A stretch of DNA of 63,923 bases, counting the filler, from Olpidium bornovanus S191 (taxonomy: Eukaryota; Fungi; Olpidiomycota), in NCBI GenBank assembly GCA_017911155.1. It is 32 parts of 32 records of this genome, joined end to end, with 100 filler letters (N's around TTAATTAATTAA, not from the genome) between each part and the next. Parts side by side here need not be neighbours in the genome. Positions count along the whole stretch, not along the records: positions 46,123 to 47,182 come from JAEFCI010004489.1; positions 47,283 to 48,682 come from JAEFCI010012011.1; positions 48,783 to 50,682 come from JAEFCI010005171.1; positions 50,783 to 52,710 come from JAEFCI010009919.1; positions 52,811 to 55,200 come from JAEFCI010008405.1; positions 55,301 to 56,867 come from JAEFCI010002866.1; positions 56,968 to 58,536 come from JAEFCI010008017.1; 25 more parts are not named here. One strand, given 5' to 3'. Below, one piece after another: positions 46,023-57,356 of this stretch. Under the pieces are notes generated by a model, which was given only the letters and a program-made list of their open reading frames with translations, was not told where the DNA came from and made no database searches. Every line of letters begins with the position of its first letter. The stretch's first letter is position 1. Made by a program: the position numbers and the translations under genes.

Positions 46023-46122
46023 NNNNNNNNNNNNNNNNNNNNNNNNNNNNNNNNNNNNNNNNNNNNTTAATTAATTAANNNNNNNNNNNNNNNNNNNNNN
46101 NNNNNNNNNNNNNNNNNNNNNN

Positions 46123-46171
<49 letters not shown>

Positions 46172-47283
46172 GCGCCCCCCCCCCCCCCCCCCCCCACCCC
46201 CCCCCCCCCCCCCCCGCACTGCCCGCCTTTCCCCTCCCCGCGTGGGGGCCGCGAGCGAAAGAGAGAGAGCGAAGCGACAGAGCTGCGGAGAAGCGCGCTG
46301 GTCCGGGCCCCGTTTTCTTCCGATGATTTCCCCCCGGATGCGACGGTGACGCACGACAACGACGCCCAATGCGGGCTTTCGTTCGCGGCCGTCCGGCACG
46401 GCAGGTAACCCACCGGGTCGTCGCAGGGCTTCGGTCCGGTTGGTTTCCGCTTTCGCACGCCCGGACGCTGCCCGGGTCGCCAAAGCTTAGTTTCGATGAG
46501 AGATTCTCATCGATTGTTGAAGTTAGTCGAAATCGGGGCTGTTTCGGTTCTGGATATGCATAATTCAGTGAGAATCTCTGTGGACCGGACAGAAAGTGGG
46601 GGGCCTGGGGAGTGTTTTGTGTATCCTGTGAGAGACTTTTGGATTTGGGCACCCAGGAGTACCCCTCAGGAGGCCCACAGGTAAGGGGTGCTTGGCGGCG
46701 GCGCCGTCGTCAAAAGCTCCAAGATCCTCCGGCTTGACGTCGTTTATCCTCATCCTCCCCATGTGAGCTCCTCCTGTGGGGCGGCGGCCTCGAGTGTCGA
46801 GAAAGGGAAGGGGGGGGGCCGTGTTTTGGAGGTTGGCAAACGCCGGCGAATCAAGAAGGACGAAACGAGTGCGCTTCTTTTCAGGGGGAGCGGGGCGGCG
46901 GTGGAAAAAAAAAAAAAAAAAACCAGGGGGCGGCGCAGGCGGACCGGACCCCGCCGGACGCTTTTTCCCCCCCGCCCCCCCGCCTCCTCCTCCTCCTCCT
47001 CCTCCGACGACGACGACGACGGCGACGACGACGGCGAAAAGGACAAAAAAAAAACAAACAAACCGCCCCAACCGTAAAAACACCCTCCCCCCCCCCCCCC
47101 CCCCCCCCCCCCCCGCCCCCCCCCCCCCCCCCTTTTTTTTTTTGGGGCCGCCGGTTTTTTTTTTTTTTTTTTTTTATGAGAANNNNNNNNNNNNNNNNNN
47201 NNNNNNNNNNNNNNNNNNNNNNNNNNTTAATTAATTAANNNNNNNNNNNNNNNNNNNNNNNNNNNNNNNNNNNNNNNNNNNNC

Positions 47284-47373
47284 CGCAAGCCGAAGCTCAC
47301 TCGCAGCGAGCGTCTAAACAGGATCAAGCAAAAGAAGGCGGCGTTCGCGAGGAAGATGGAGCAAGCCGAGTAA
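47284..47373 (+). CDS. RPL5: 60S ribosomal protein L5 (uL18), C-terminal fragment
   Basis: RKPKLTRSERLNRIKQKKAAFARKMEQAE* resembles the uL18 tail pattern K(L/M)S..ER..RV.QKKA.F. Confidence 0.65.
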   Translation, partial: RKPKLTRSERLNRIKQKKAAFARKMEQAE

Positions 47374-47980
47374 TTTTCTGTTCTTTAGGGATCCCTGATT
47401 TCTTTCCCGTCTTAATGATTTTTAGTCAAAAAATTCCGGCTCATTAAGCGTCTAAACTGCTTCGGTGGGTCTGAGGAACAGACTCAGTTTACTTCCTTCC
47501 ATGCGTGCGCATACCTGGCAGCGATCGCCCCCGGTGATCCTGGGCAAGTGTAATATGACGAGCTTCCTCGTTTAAGCAAGAGCGGGGTTCGTTGCTTGAG
47601 TTGCCAGGTTGAGTTGCGAAGGCTCTCAGCACTTTGCGAGACCGAAGCACGCGACCTGGCGGGGAGACCTTGGGGTTTTCTGGCCGGCGATGGGTGGGTG
47701 TGCTGTGAATTTGAGGTTTCCTAAAAGGGGCCGGCGGTCTGCGTGGCGTACGGTTCCTCGAGCCGGCATTTTGGCGGGTTGAGTTTCGCGCAATTGGAAC
47801 ATTTTCTTTCCCTTCTGCGTCGGCCGCCTGTGACCGCATGCGCCATCACAGGGGATGTTCCGGACGTGACGAAACGCGGAGGAGCCGAGGCAAACGCCCC
47901 TCTGCAAAGGCACAGAGTGCCGGCTGCGGTACCCCGCGATCACGCGGCGAGAGGAATTCCCGTTCCTTGCCTCCCCTCCA

Positions 47981-48194
47981 AAAAGATGCTCCAGTTGGAG
48001 GCCAAGACAGAAATCGGCACGGCCGAGCTTCTTCATTTTGAACTCGCGCTCAAGATGAGTTTCCGCCTCGGAGATTGTATCTGCTGTGCCCAAAAATGTT
48101 CAGATTGTCAACGTATAAATCCTGTGGAAAATCGCTTAATGAAAACACATGGCAAGATCTCGTTTGCCGTGTATCCATGTTGGATTAGGTAGTC
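47981..48194 (-). mobile_element. Degenerate copia RT fragment, Bianca-like
   Basis: DYLIQHGYTANEILPCVFIKRFSTGF, YVDNLNI, GTADTISEAETHLEREFKMKKLGRADFCLGLQLEHL, with frameshifts. Confidence 0.8.
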
Positions 48195-48627
48195 ACACAG
48201 ACGCTGAAACCACATCCTGCCGGACTGTTTTCAGGCCTAAATAGAAATGAGGTGGCTGCCTCCTGCTTGTTTGGGATGCAATATGCCCAGGCGTCGCGTG
48301 ACTTCCCCTCCGCAAAGGCCAACGCGTAGCGGCGTGCGGACTCTTGTACTTTGTTTAAGTTATCCAACTCGGGGGGTCATGAGCATGACGCGTATTTTTT
48401 TGGTCACCGCTTAGCCCCGAGTGGAACCTCATCGCCCGGAATTGTTCGTCCCTGGGAGTGGGGATCTGGAGATACAGTGAGAAGGGGGGATATACAGAGG
48501 ATATACATGTATTTTCGTCTCCCGGTTCTGCGGACCGGGAAAGAGGTCGCGCTTTTGCGCCCATGGTTCTTTCTCTTCTGCTCTACTTCTCCGGCGGTAA
48601 GCTCTGCGCTCGTGGTCAGGGCTGTCC

Positions 48628-48660
48628 CGCTGGGCTCATAACCTGCTGGAGCCAAGCCGA
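48628..48660 (-). mobile_element. LTR end plus PBS, same family as 21805-21836
   Basis: Minus strand CTTCGGCTTGGCTCCAGCA-GGTTATGAGCCCAGCG versus CTTCGGCCCGGCTCCAACA-GGTTATGAGCCCA at 21805 (three mismatches). Confidence 0.75.
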
Positions 48661-49080
48661 AGAATTGCGCAGGCCCAGAGAANNNNNNNNNNNNNNNNNN
48701 NNNNNNNNNNNNNNNNNNNNNNNNNNTTAATTAATTAANNNNNNNNNNNNNNNNNNNNNNNNNNNNNNNNNNNNNNNNNNNNCATGCATTTGGCCGCACC
48801 CATCCCTTCCCCCACCTCCACAAAAAAAAAAAAAACCAAGCTACACGTCCCCAAAGCACACGTTAATGCGGTTAGTCCGGTGATGTTAATTCCCGTGACA
48901 TTAACCGTGCGGCTTCCGTGCGTTATTCTAGATGAGCGCTTGCGCGATGCCGGAAGAAAACGCGCGCGGGATTATTTCGAGCTTACCTGGGACGTTGAAA
49001 GAAGGACTGATGAAACGGCGTGATAGATAGAGAAAAAAAAAAAAAAAGAAAAAAAAAAAAAACGCAGGTCTACTGTGAAT

Positions 49081-50682
49081 TTAAGGCCCATAATCTTTCC
49101 AATCCTTGTCGTGTCCGACCTCAATATATGCCGCGACGCAGCGGTCAACGTAGACACAACGGAGCTCGTCAATCAGACGGTTCCAGTTGGAACCGCGCGT
49201 ACCGACCCACGCGTCACACTCCAGAGCCATGAGAAGCTGGAGGATCCAGGCGTAGCTCATCCTTTGTTTTCCGTAGAACTCCAGCTGCTTGAAAGGACCG
49301 GCGTTCATGCGCGGGATATCCGAGGTGTACACTTCCCAGCGTCTCGCCGGCCCGGTGCTTGGCTCGAGCTCGCGTTCCGGAAGCAGGCGGGCATCTTCGA
49401 TAACCGAAGGGTCTTCAGATGACACGAACAGGCGGCGCTGGAATGCCAGCGGATTCTGCCCGGTGAAGCGCAGCGCCGCGTTAACGTAGTCGTCGAAGGG
49501 GACGAGGTCCATCTCTGACGAGTGAGAAGAGATTTACGAGGGTCAACGTGCGGTCGGACGCCTAAAATCGCGGTAAGAAAACACGTGGCGCACCGACGCC
49601 CTTGTCTCCATGGCGAACGTGCAGGCTTACGGTCCCCGCGGGCAACGGGTACGGCACAGGTTTCCCTCCCTTCCGCCCGTGCGACCACGCGGCGTGCTGC
49701 GACTCGTTATGCCGCAAAACGGAAACGGCCGCGGAAGTGTGACTGTTGAGGCGGGCGATGTAGGCCGCGCTTTGCGCGCGCCACCAGTAACGAAGGAATC
49801 CGTCGGTCAACTGCGCGTCAGGATGCAGCTCGGCCAACCGCTTTTTCCAGACGGCAGGCACTTCGCCTAGCGAGAAGTCGCCGAACGAGTCGCCGGTCAT
49901 CTTCGAGTAACCGGGGACGTCGATGACGTCGACGCCCGGCGCGCTGGCATCCTCGAGCGAGCAGGAGCTGAGCGGCTGGAACAGGCATTCGAAATTCGAA
50001 TACGATTCGCCGCGCCCGCAGCCATTCTCCACGTAGGCCTGCCCGACTCCGCAACCCGTCGGCTTCAGCAGGAAGATTCGATCACTGTCGAGCGCGTGGG
50101 CGAGCTCTACGCCCAGAACTGTCCGAAGAAGAAAAAAAAAAAAAAAAAAAAATAGGAGGAAACTCCGACGGTAAACTTCTTGAAAGCAGGATCATGAAAG
50201 TCTGGAAACAAAAGCGACCTCCGCCTTACTTGCCGCGTATCATGGAACCCAGGCCGGAGCACCCCCCGCCAGTTATTATGAATTTTTTTTTCCTGCAATC
50301 GCTTTTCGGAGGATTCTGCTTCTGGAAGATCCACTGCTGAACTTCTCGCGTAAGTGGAGCAAGATCCGCGCCATCCAGATTATCAAAGTAGTTTGGCCAC
50401 GGGATGTTTCCCATCTGATAGAGGTTATCGATCATCGCTTGCCGCCTCGGGCTCGACTCCCGGCCCAGCGTGTCCTTTCGCGACAACGCACGGCGGACGT
50501 GAGTCTTCTGCGATGTCAACGACACATCAACGTAGTTCGGGCGTCCGATGAAGTATAAAGTGGCGTAGATGGCGGCTCCGAACAGTATAATCCTGCAAAC
50601 GTCGGCTGGCATTCTGCTTTTGGGCCGCAGGAAATTTACCCAGGATGCGTTCCACGATTGGTTAAATTTGAACTTGTACATG
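49081..50682 (-). CDS. GT23 alpha-1,6-fucosyltransferase-like type II membrane protein, multi-exon
   Basis: TM IILFGAAIYATLYFI; QNPPKSDCRKKKFII...CSGLGSMI; SLHVRHGDK; LFVSSEDPSVIEDA; LECDAWVGTRGSNWNRLIDELR. These correspond to the FUT8/NodZ motifs (HVRRTDK, YLATDDP, CTFSSQV). Confidence 0.85.
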
Positions 50683-51407
50683 NNNNNNNNNNNNNNNNNN
50701 NNNNNNNNNNNNNNNNNNNNNNNNNNTTAATTAATTAANNNNNNNNNNNNNNNNNNNNNNNNNNNNNNNNNNNNNNNNNNNNAAAATGATTGCGCATCGT
50801 GTGTGTGTGTGTGTGTACGTTTGGTGCGACGAGTGCGTGCGAGCAATTGGTCGTTTGAAAGTGTGTCATGCGCATAGTCCCATCCTCCCCCTCCAACCCT
50901 CCACCCCCCCCCGCCCCGCCCTCCATCCCCGCCCTCCATCCCCCGCCCGGCCCCGTGGCACGAAAACCCAGTTCGCGGGGACCGCCGGGGCAACCTTTGC
51001 TCGCGTTTTTGCCCGCCCTTATCGTCCGCCCTCAACGCGCCGGAGCACACACCCCCCGTCCGGCGGGAAGCGCACCGCCCGCCAGCCGGCCGGCAGGCGA
51101 TCTCGCCTCTTCTTCGCATCTCCTCACCTCACCGACTTTCTTCCCTCCCCCCACTCTCACCCGACCGCGCGTCCGCTCTTCACCCTCGGGTTGTTTCCGT
51201 GGCCACGCGCTGCTGTGTTTCAAAAGAAAAGAGAGCTACCAGCGCCCAGCTAACGCCGCCGGCCAATCACCAACGCACGGCACGGCACCGCACGGCCGGC
51301 GCGGCGACGACGCCTCAGGACTGCCTGGTCGACGTTTGTACGCACGTCGGCTGTAACGCACTTGGGGAGGGATCCTGCTCCGCACCTCATTTTTGGCGGC
51401 GGGAACG

Positions 51408-52710
51408 ATGCCTGGCGGCGACCACTCGAAGGAAAGAGACGCCAAAGGAGACCGGGAGGTCGACGTTCGCCAGAGAAGTGCGCGCAGTCGTTGTTGCGGA
51501 ACTGTGACCCAGAGTACGATCGCCGTCTACATCCTGGGACTCCTCTTCCACCTCACCTATATATGGAGCATATTCGACATTTACTTCCGCTCGCCACTCG
51601 TGCACGGCATGACACCGCACCGGGCGAACACGTCGACGGCCGGTCCGTCGGCGGCGTCGAGGCTAGTGCTCATCGTGGGTCGGTGACACAGCGGCGAGGA
51701 ACGGCCACCCAATTGCTGGTCGCCTACGTCGTGCCGCTCACACGCTCCCGATGCAAACCCCTTCGCCAGGCGACGGGCTACGAGCAGACAAGCTTTTTGA
51801 ACCCGCCCCTCCGCCTGCGGAGGACCGAGCGCACGAGGTCGGCGCGATCACCGCTGCTCGAGACCCGTCCGCTCCCCCGCTAGGTCGCGCCCCGTTTTTG
51901 CGCGATGTGGTCACGGGACGGGGCAGCTGGGGCGTGTCCCATACCCGCGTCCCAACAGAGTCGCGGCCGGGTCACGTCGCGATCATCGCTGGGCTGTACG
52001 AGGACGTCAGCGCGGTCACTAAAGGTTGGCTTAGCTGCAACGTGCACATGTCAGCCGTGGCCGAAACGGCAGAAATTCCGGTTGCGGCCTGGCCCCGCTG
52101 ATTGTCGCCTGCGTAGGATGGAAGATGAATCCCGTCAATTTCGACTCCGTCTTCAACCAGTCGCGGCATACGTGGTCATTCGGGTCCCCCGACATCCTGC
52201 CCATGTTCTCCCATGGCGCGTCAGATCCGTCGCGGGTGGAGACGTTTATGTACTCGGCGGCGGATGAGGATTGGACGCGCGCTGGTGAGTGCCGTTGACC
52301 GCATTCGCCCGTCCCTGCCGTCGCCGGGCAAGCGGAGCCGAGTTTTTAGAACGGACCTGATCATCCTGAAGAATTTGACGATTCATACCGTATTTGCCAT
52401 GTCCGTATTTCGAATAACCACGAAAGATGCTAGCCGGCTCGACAGTTGGGTATTTGACAAGTTTGCCGAACTCTTTGCCAACGCCACGGCAAATTCCGCA
52501 CTTTCCGAGCTTTTGCGCGAGGAAAAGGTAATTTTTTTCCTCCATCTGCTGGGCCTGGACTCGGCCGGACACGCACACCGGCCGCACTCGGCGGAGTACT
52601 TAGACAACGTGCGGTCCGTTGACGCGGGAATCCGCGGCGTCACCGAATTGATGGCCAAATTTTACGGTGACGATCGCACCGCATTCGTGTTCACCTCCGA
52701 TCACGGCATG
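51408..52710 (+). CDS. MCD4: GPI ethanolamine phosphate transferase 1 (Mcd4/PIGN), 3' partial
   Basis: [100 protein letters not shown]. Confidence 0.97.
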
Positions 52711-52810
52711 NNNNNNNNNNNNNNNNNNNNNNNNNNNNNNNNNNNNNNNNNNNNTTAATTAATTAANNNNNNNNNNNNNNNNNNNNNNNNNNNNNNNNNN
52801 NNNNNNNNNN

Positions 52811-53815
52811 ACCGACCAAGCAATCACCCTGATCATGGCAGTTTATGTGGATGATATCCTTCTGACTGGGCCTGATGCTAAAGTCATCAAGAAATTCGAG
52901 GAATTACTCGCTCAAAAATTCAAAATGTCTGAGGGCGGGGACCTCTCCTTCATACTTGGCGTCAGAATAACTACGAGCAAGGGGAGACGCGTCCTGGACC
53001 AGGAACGTTTCGTCAAAGCCCTCCTCGAAAGGTTCAATATGCAGAACGCGAAGCCTGTCGCAACCCCCTTAGAAGCGGGGGCCCTCGAGGTGTTGACCAT
53101 GACCATGGCCGGCGACAAAGAAAAGAACGGAGAAGGAGGCACTGAATGATACCAAGAAGCCATCGGATCGCTCATGTGGTTGGCTACCATGACCAGACCC
53201 GACCTGGCATTCACCGTGTCCTTCTTGTCCCGATTTGTTGCGTCCCCAAGCGTTAAACACTGGGGAGCAGTCAAGAGAGCGCTGCGCTACCTCCCGGGGA
53301 CTCAGCGCTACGGGATCCACTTCATGGAAGGAGAGTCTAAATTGATCACGTTTAGCGATGCGGATTGGGCTGGGTGCCGCGCGACAAGAGCGTCGACAAC
53401 CGGCTTGATCGCTCTTTACGGCAACGGACCAGTGTCACGGAGATCGGCGCGCCAGAAGTGCGTTGCAACATCTACCTGTGAGGCAGAGTTCGTTGCGGGT
53501 TCAGCGGCGGCACAGGAAACCATCTGGCTGAGGTCCATAATACGCGGGGTCTCCTTGATGACTAACAGCCCAACGCCGCTCATGATAGACAACACGGGAG
53601 CCGCAGAACTTGCTGCGGACAACAAGGCTTCAAGAAGGTCGAAACACATAGACATCAAATACCACCACCTGAGATGGTGCGCAGTGGATGTCGAGATCCA
53701 AATTCAGAGGGTCAAAACCGCAGAAAACCCGGCGGACATGCTCACAAAGCCGCTGGACAAAGTCAAGTTCACCAAGTTTCGGGGAATGATTGGGATAGGT
53801 CCGTGCAACGACTAA
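52811..53815 (+). mobile_element. Ty1/copia RT-RNase H, nearly intact (one TGA at 53147)
   Basis: VYVDDILLTG, LSFILGVRI, YQEAIGSLMWLATMTRPDLAF, FSDADWAG, STCEAEFVA, IDNTGA, SKHIDIKYH, NPADMLTKPL. Confidence 0.95.
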
Positions 53816-53894
53816 CCGTCCAAGATTTACAGCAAGAAAGGCAAACGTAGATCGGACGGAGGAAAATTAAGTGACCATGGGATATAGATTTCCT

Positions 53895-53993
53895 AGGAGA
53901 AGTGGGGTGTTGAAACAAAGGGGGACGGTGCCCGCGTGGCTCCGGCGGAAATCCCCCCATTCACCCCTTTCCTCCCTCTGTAAACCCGCAACA
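53895..53993 (+). mobile_element. PPT (53895-53907) and candidate 86-bp 3' LTR (TGTTG...CAACA, 53908-53993)
   Basis: AGGAGAAGTGGGG lies 80 bp after the pol stop and directly abuts TGTTG. The first CAACA completes a perfect 5-bp inverted repeat. Confidence 0.6.
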
Positions 53994-54404
53994 CCTTTGA
54001 GGTACAAATAGGCCCGTATTCCGTAGAGATTCTACAATTCGGCGAACAGCTCAAAACAGAAAGCTCCTGCTCGTCTTTTCGTCCCCGTCCTCGTTCGGCC
54101 ACTGCCCGTGGAAGTAAAAAGTCCTTCACTGCGGTCTGGACCCTTCCCCCCCCCTCCCTCCCCCCCATTCGGCCGTTCGGCCCTGCGCACGCAACTGTTG
54201 GAACCGAGCCGAAGAAAGTGAAGACGCAGCGTACACCGCGAGTCTGTAAGAACGGGAAGGGAAAGAGTACTTGTATTCAGGGGCATTTGTTCACTAGTGT
54301 TTTCCCCTGGGCCCTATTTTCATACATATGGCGGCGACAAAGGAAATCTACGCAGGGGGTAACGCGGGCTGCTTGCGCCGCAGTGCGTCGTCTACGGCTC
54401 AGAC

Positions 54405-54545
54405 CCCCTTTTCTTCCCCCTTTCTCTCCCCTTCTTCCCCTTTCTCCCCTTCTTCCCCTTTCTCCCCTTCTTCCCCTTTCTCCCGTTTTTCCCCCTTTCT
54501 CCCCTTCTTCCCCTTTCTCTCTCTCTCTCTCTCTCTTCCCCTCCT
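54405..54545. repeat. Pyrimidine-rich 18-bp tandem repeat (TTCTTCCCCTTTCTCCCC)n ending in (CT)n
   Basis: Visible directly. Confidence 0.85.
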
Positions 54546-54806
54546 TCTGCTACGGATGTAGAAGGAAAAAGCGTACAGACCCGAACCGGACATAAACAAC
54601 GCACACCACCACCACCCGGACGTAACTCCTCCCCGTTCGCAACAAATACTCGCCCCCCCCCCCCCCCCCCCCCCCCCCTCCCTCCGCCCCCCCCCCCCCC
54701 CCTCCCCCCAAAAACCCCCCCCCCCCCCCCCCCCCGCCCCTTTTTTTCCCCTTGCGGATTCTTTGGACTCCGGGGAACTTCAGTCAGTCAGCTCCGGGGC
54801 TCCGCC

Positions 54807-54968
54807 ATGAAATCCGCTTTTTTGTTCGTGGCTGCTTTCCTCGCCCTCGTCTCCGTCGTCGCCGCCCAGGCGCCCGACGCCCCCCCTCCCGCCGCTCTCG
54901 AAGGACCCTCCCGCAAGCGCAAGGCCGTCTTCAGCGGCCGGCCGCCGCGCGTCCCGAAGGCCGCGGCG
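54807..54968 (+). CDS. First exon of a putative secreted protein
   Basis: GCCATG context; signal peptide MKSAFLFVAAFLALVSVVAA followed by QAP; GTAAGT donor at about 54969. Confidence 0.6.
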
Positions 54969-55117
54969 GTAAGTGACTTGTTCCGCCCGCGCAAGGTGCG
55001 GGCCGCCCGACAATTCTTCGGAAACGCCGTGGCCCGTGGTGATTACGCCAAAATCCGCAGTTGGCTCAGGTGTCCCCAGTGCTCCAAGCGCGCTGGACCC
55101 GAACCGGTGTAAGTCGC

Positions 55118-55191
<74 letters not shown>

Positions 55192-56122
55192 CACCCCCGC
55201 NNNNNNNNNNNNNNNNNNNNNNNNNNNNNNNNNNNNNNNNNNNNTTAATTAATTAANNNNNNNNNNNNNNNNNNNNNNNNNNNNNNNNNNNNNNNNNNNN
55301 CCCCCGGAGAATCGCGGCGCAACCGGCAAAACCTCTTCGCGAAGGCATAAGATTACGGGAAAAGGGGGGAGGGGGGGGAGGGAAGTCCTTGAGGAGCAAA
55401 AGAAACAGCGGACAGGGCATGTGGGGGAGGGAATGGGGCCGCAATAACCCCGGTCTAGAGTAGCAACTACATCAGTGTTTCGTAGTTCCCCTTTACTTGC
55501 GGTCCTGGCCGTTTCCGTATTGACACCATTCCAGGGGGTCCCCGGAACAGGTCACCTGCCGAGCCAGGGTGGTGGAGGGAGAGAGCTCCCCGGGGGCTGG
55601 GGAACCTTCTCTCTCTCTTTCTCCGAATAAAGAAGGCCCAGAGGCGAAAAAGGAAGGACCGCTCTCGTCATGCCTTTTTTTGGTACCTTCCCGCCACCGG
55701 CGCTTAAACCGGAAATTGAGCTGCCGGAGCTGTCGTCGTAGGATAATCGTCGTTGGAAGGAGCTGTCCTCGACCCCCTCCACCCGTTCGCCCCCGGCAGA
55801 TTCGTTTCGCGGCGTTTTTTCTTTTTTGGTGTTGCAGTGTGTGCGCCGAGGTTTTCTAAACAGCGCCGGTATTTTTTTTTTGCTCTCCCAAGTGCCCTCC
55901 AGTTCCCTCCGGCCCGTTGCTATGCCCTACGGCCAGGCTACGGGATTGGGGTGCCCTCGCGTGCTGTACGGGCGGGTGTCGCAGACAATGGTATCCGGCC
56001 GAGCGGGGCCGCTGCGAAGGGTAACGAGAAGAGAGAGAGATAAGAGGTAGATAGAGGAGAAAAGGATCAACCGAAGAAAAAAACCCTGCCTACCGAATTT
56101 TGATAACCTGGAAAAAAAAATT

Positions 56123-56867
56123 CTACTGCTTCCGCGCTACCGAGCGGATCATCCTGACCGCTTTGATGAACGCCATGACGCCCATTCCGACCGCGGCGCT
56201 GCTGACGACGACGAAGGCGGTGGCGCTGTCTTCGAACGAATTCCGCAGGTTCATCCCGAGGATCGCCGCCACGACGCCCGTGGAGTTGATCGCCAGGGTG
56301 GCCATCACCGCCTTCAGCTCCAGCAGCATCAGCGCGTTGCGCTGCGCGTCGAGGATGATGTTCACGATGTCTTCGGTGGACCTGATGTTGCTGATGAGCC
56401 CGTCTACCTCGTTCAGGATCTCCTCCGTCTGCGCCAAGTAGGTTTCCAGGAGGAGCTCGACCTCCGCGTGGTCCTCCTTCCGCCGCACCACGTTGTCCTT
56501 CGCCTCCGTCAGGTACATCCCATTTAGGTCCTCGTCTGTTCCGCGAAGTTTATTCCGGACCAGGCATCAGCGCCGGCCGTTCTCCGAACAACACGAACAA
56601 CGCTTGTCGATTTGTCCGCGGCAAAATCCAACCTTCATTTAACAACTCATCGATGGTGCACCGGACGTCGTTCACTTTTTGATGAAATTGGCTCAGAGTT
56701 TTGCTGCCGGCGTGGAAATTGACGAGAAAAAAAATTAGGTGATTGCAGGTGCCGCGGGTTCGATAAAGCAGAGGCACCGCCTGTCCGACCTCCACCGCAA
56801 CAACTCCTTCAGCTGGTTCCGATCGGTCTGCTCCTCGAGGGTGCTCAAAGTGTCGATGACATGCGGC
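56123..56867 (-). CDS. MRS2: Mrs2/Lpe10 (CorA-family) mitochondrial Mg2+ channel, C-terminal exons
   Basis: EVELLLETYLAQTEEI...IRSTEDIVNIILDAQRNALMLLEL...ILGMNLRNSFE plus two TM helices (GMN motif). Confidence 0.92.
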
Positions 56868-57065
56868 NNNNNNNNNNNNNNNNNNNNNNNNNNNNNNNNN
56901 NNNNNNNNNNNTTAATTAATTAANNNNNNNNNNNNNNNNNNNNNNNNNNNNNNNNNNNNNNNNNNNNAGCATATCGCTTCGGTTGACAGGGGCGTCGCTG
57001 TTAAAAAGAAAAAACCTGGTAGTAACCTTCTCCGTTGGGGGGTGGGAGGGGGATAACCCCCCCCC

Positions 57066-57113
<48 letters not shown>

Positions 57114-57356
57114 CTGTGTCCTCCGAGTTGCTTTTTGTGTTGCTGAGTTTTCTCTGACGTGGGGGAGCAAGGGGAAGGAAGCGGATAAGCTGCGGGCGAC
57201 ACATGGGTGGAGGGGGAGGCGTCTCTTCGCTCGGGCGCGGGCACAGGGCGGAGGAGGAGGAGGAAGGGGGGCGCGGGCGCGAGGTGTAAGGGGGCGCGGG
57301 ATTCAAGGGGGCGGGATGGGGGCGCTTGCGGGGGACGAGGCAGGCCACCTCAGGGC

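Noticed and set aside
48628-48646. CGCTGGGCTCATAACC as part of a tRNA-iMet gene
   Set aside because: There are no acceptor, D or T arms around it. It is better explained as a PBS on the minus strand.
53147-53149. In-frame TGA in copia pol (and in gypsy RH at about 16454) as programmed readthrough or codon reassignment
   Set aside because: Host genes in the window use TGA as a normal stop (e.g. 3736, 34241), and both cases fit ordinary decay mutations.
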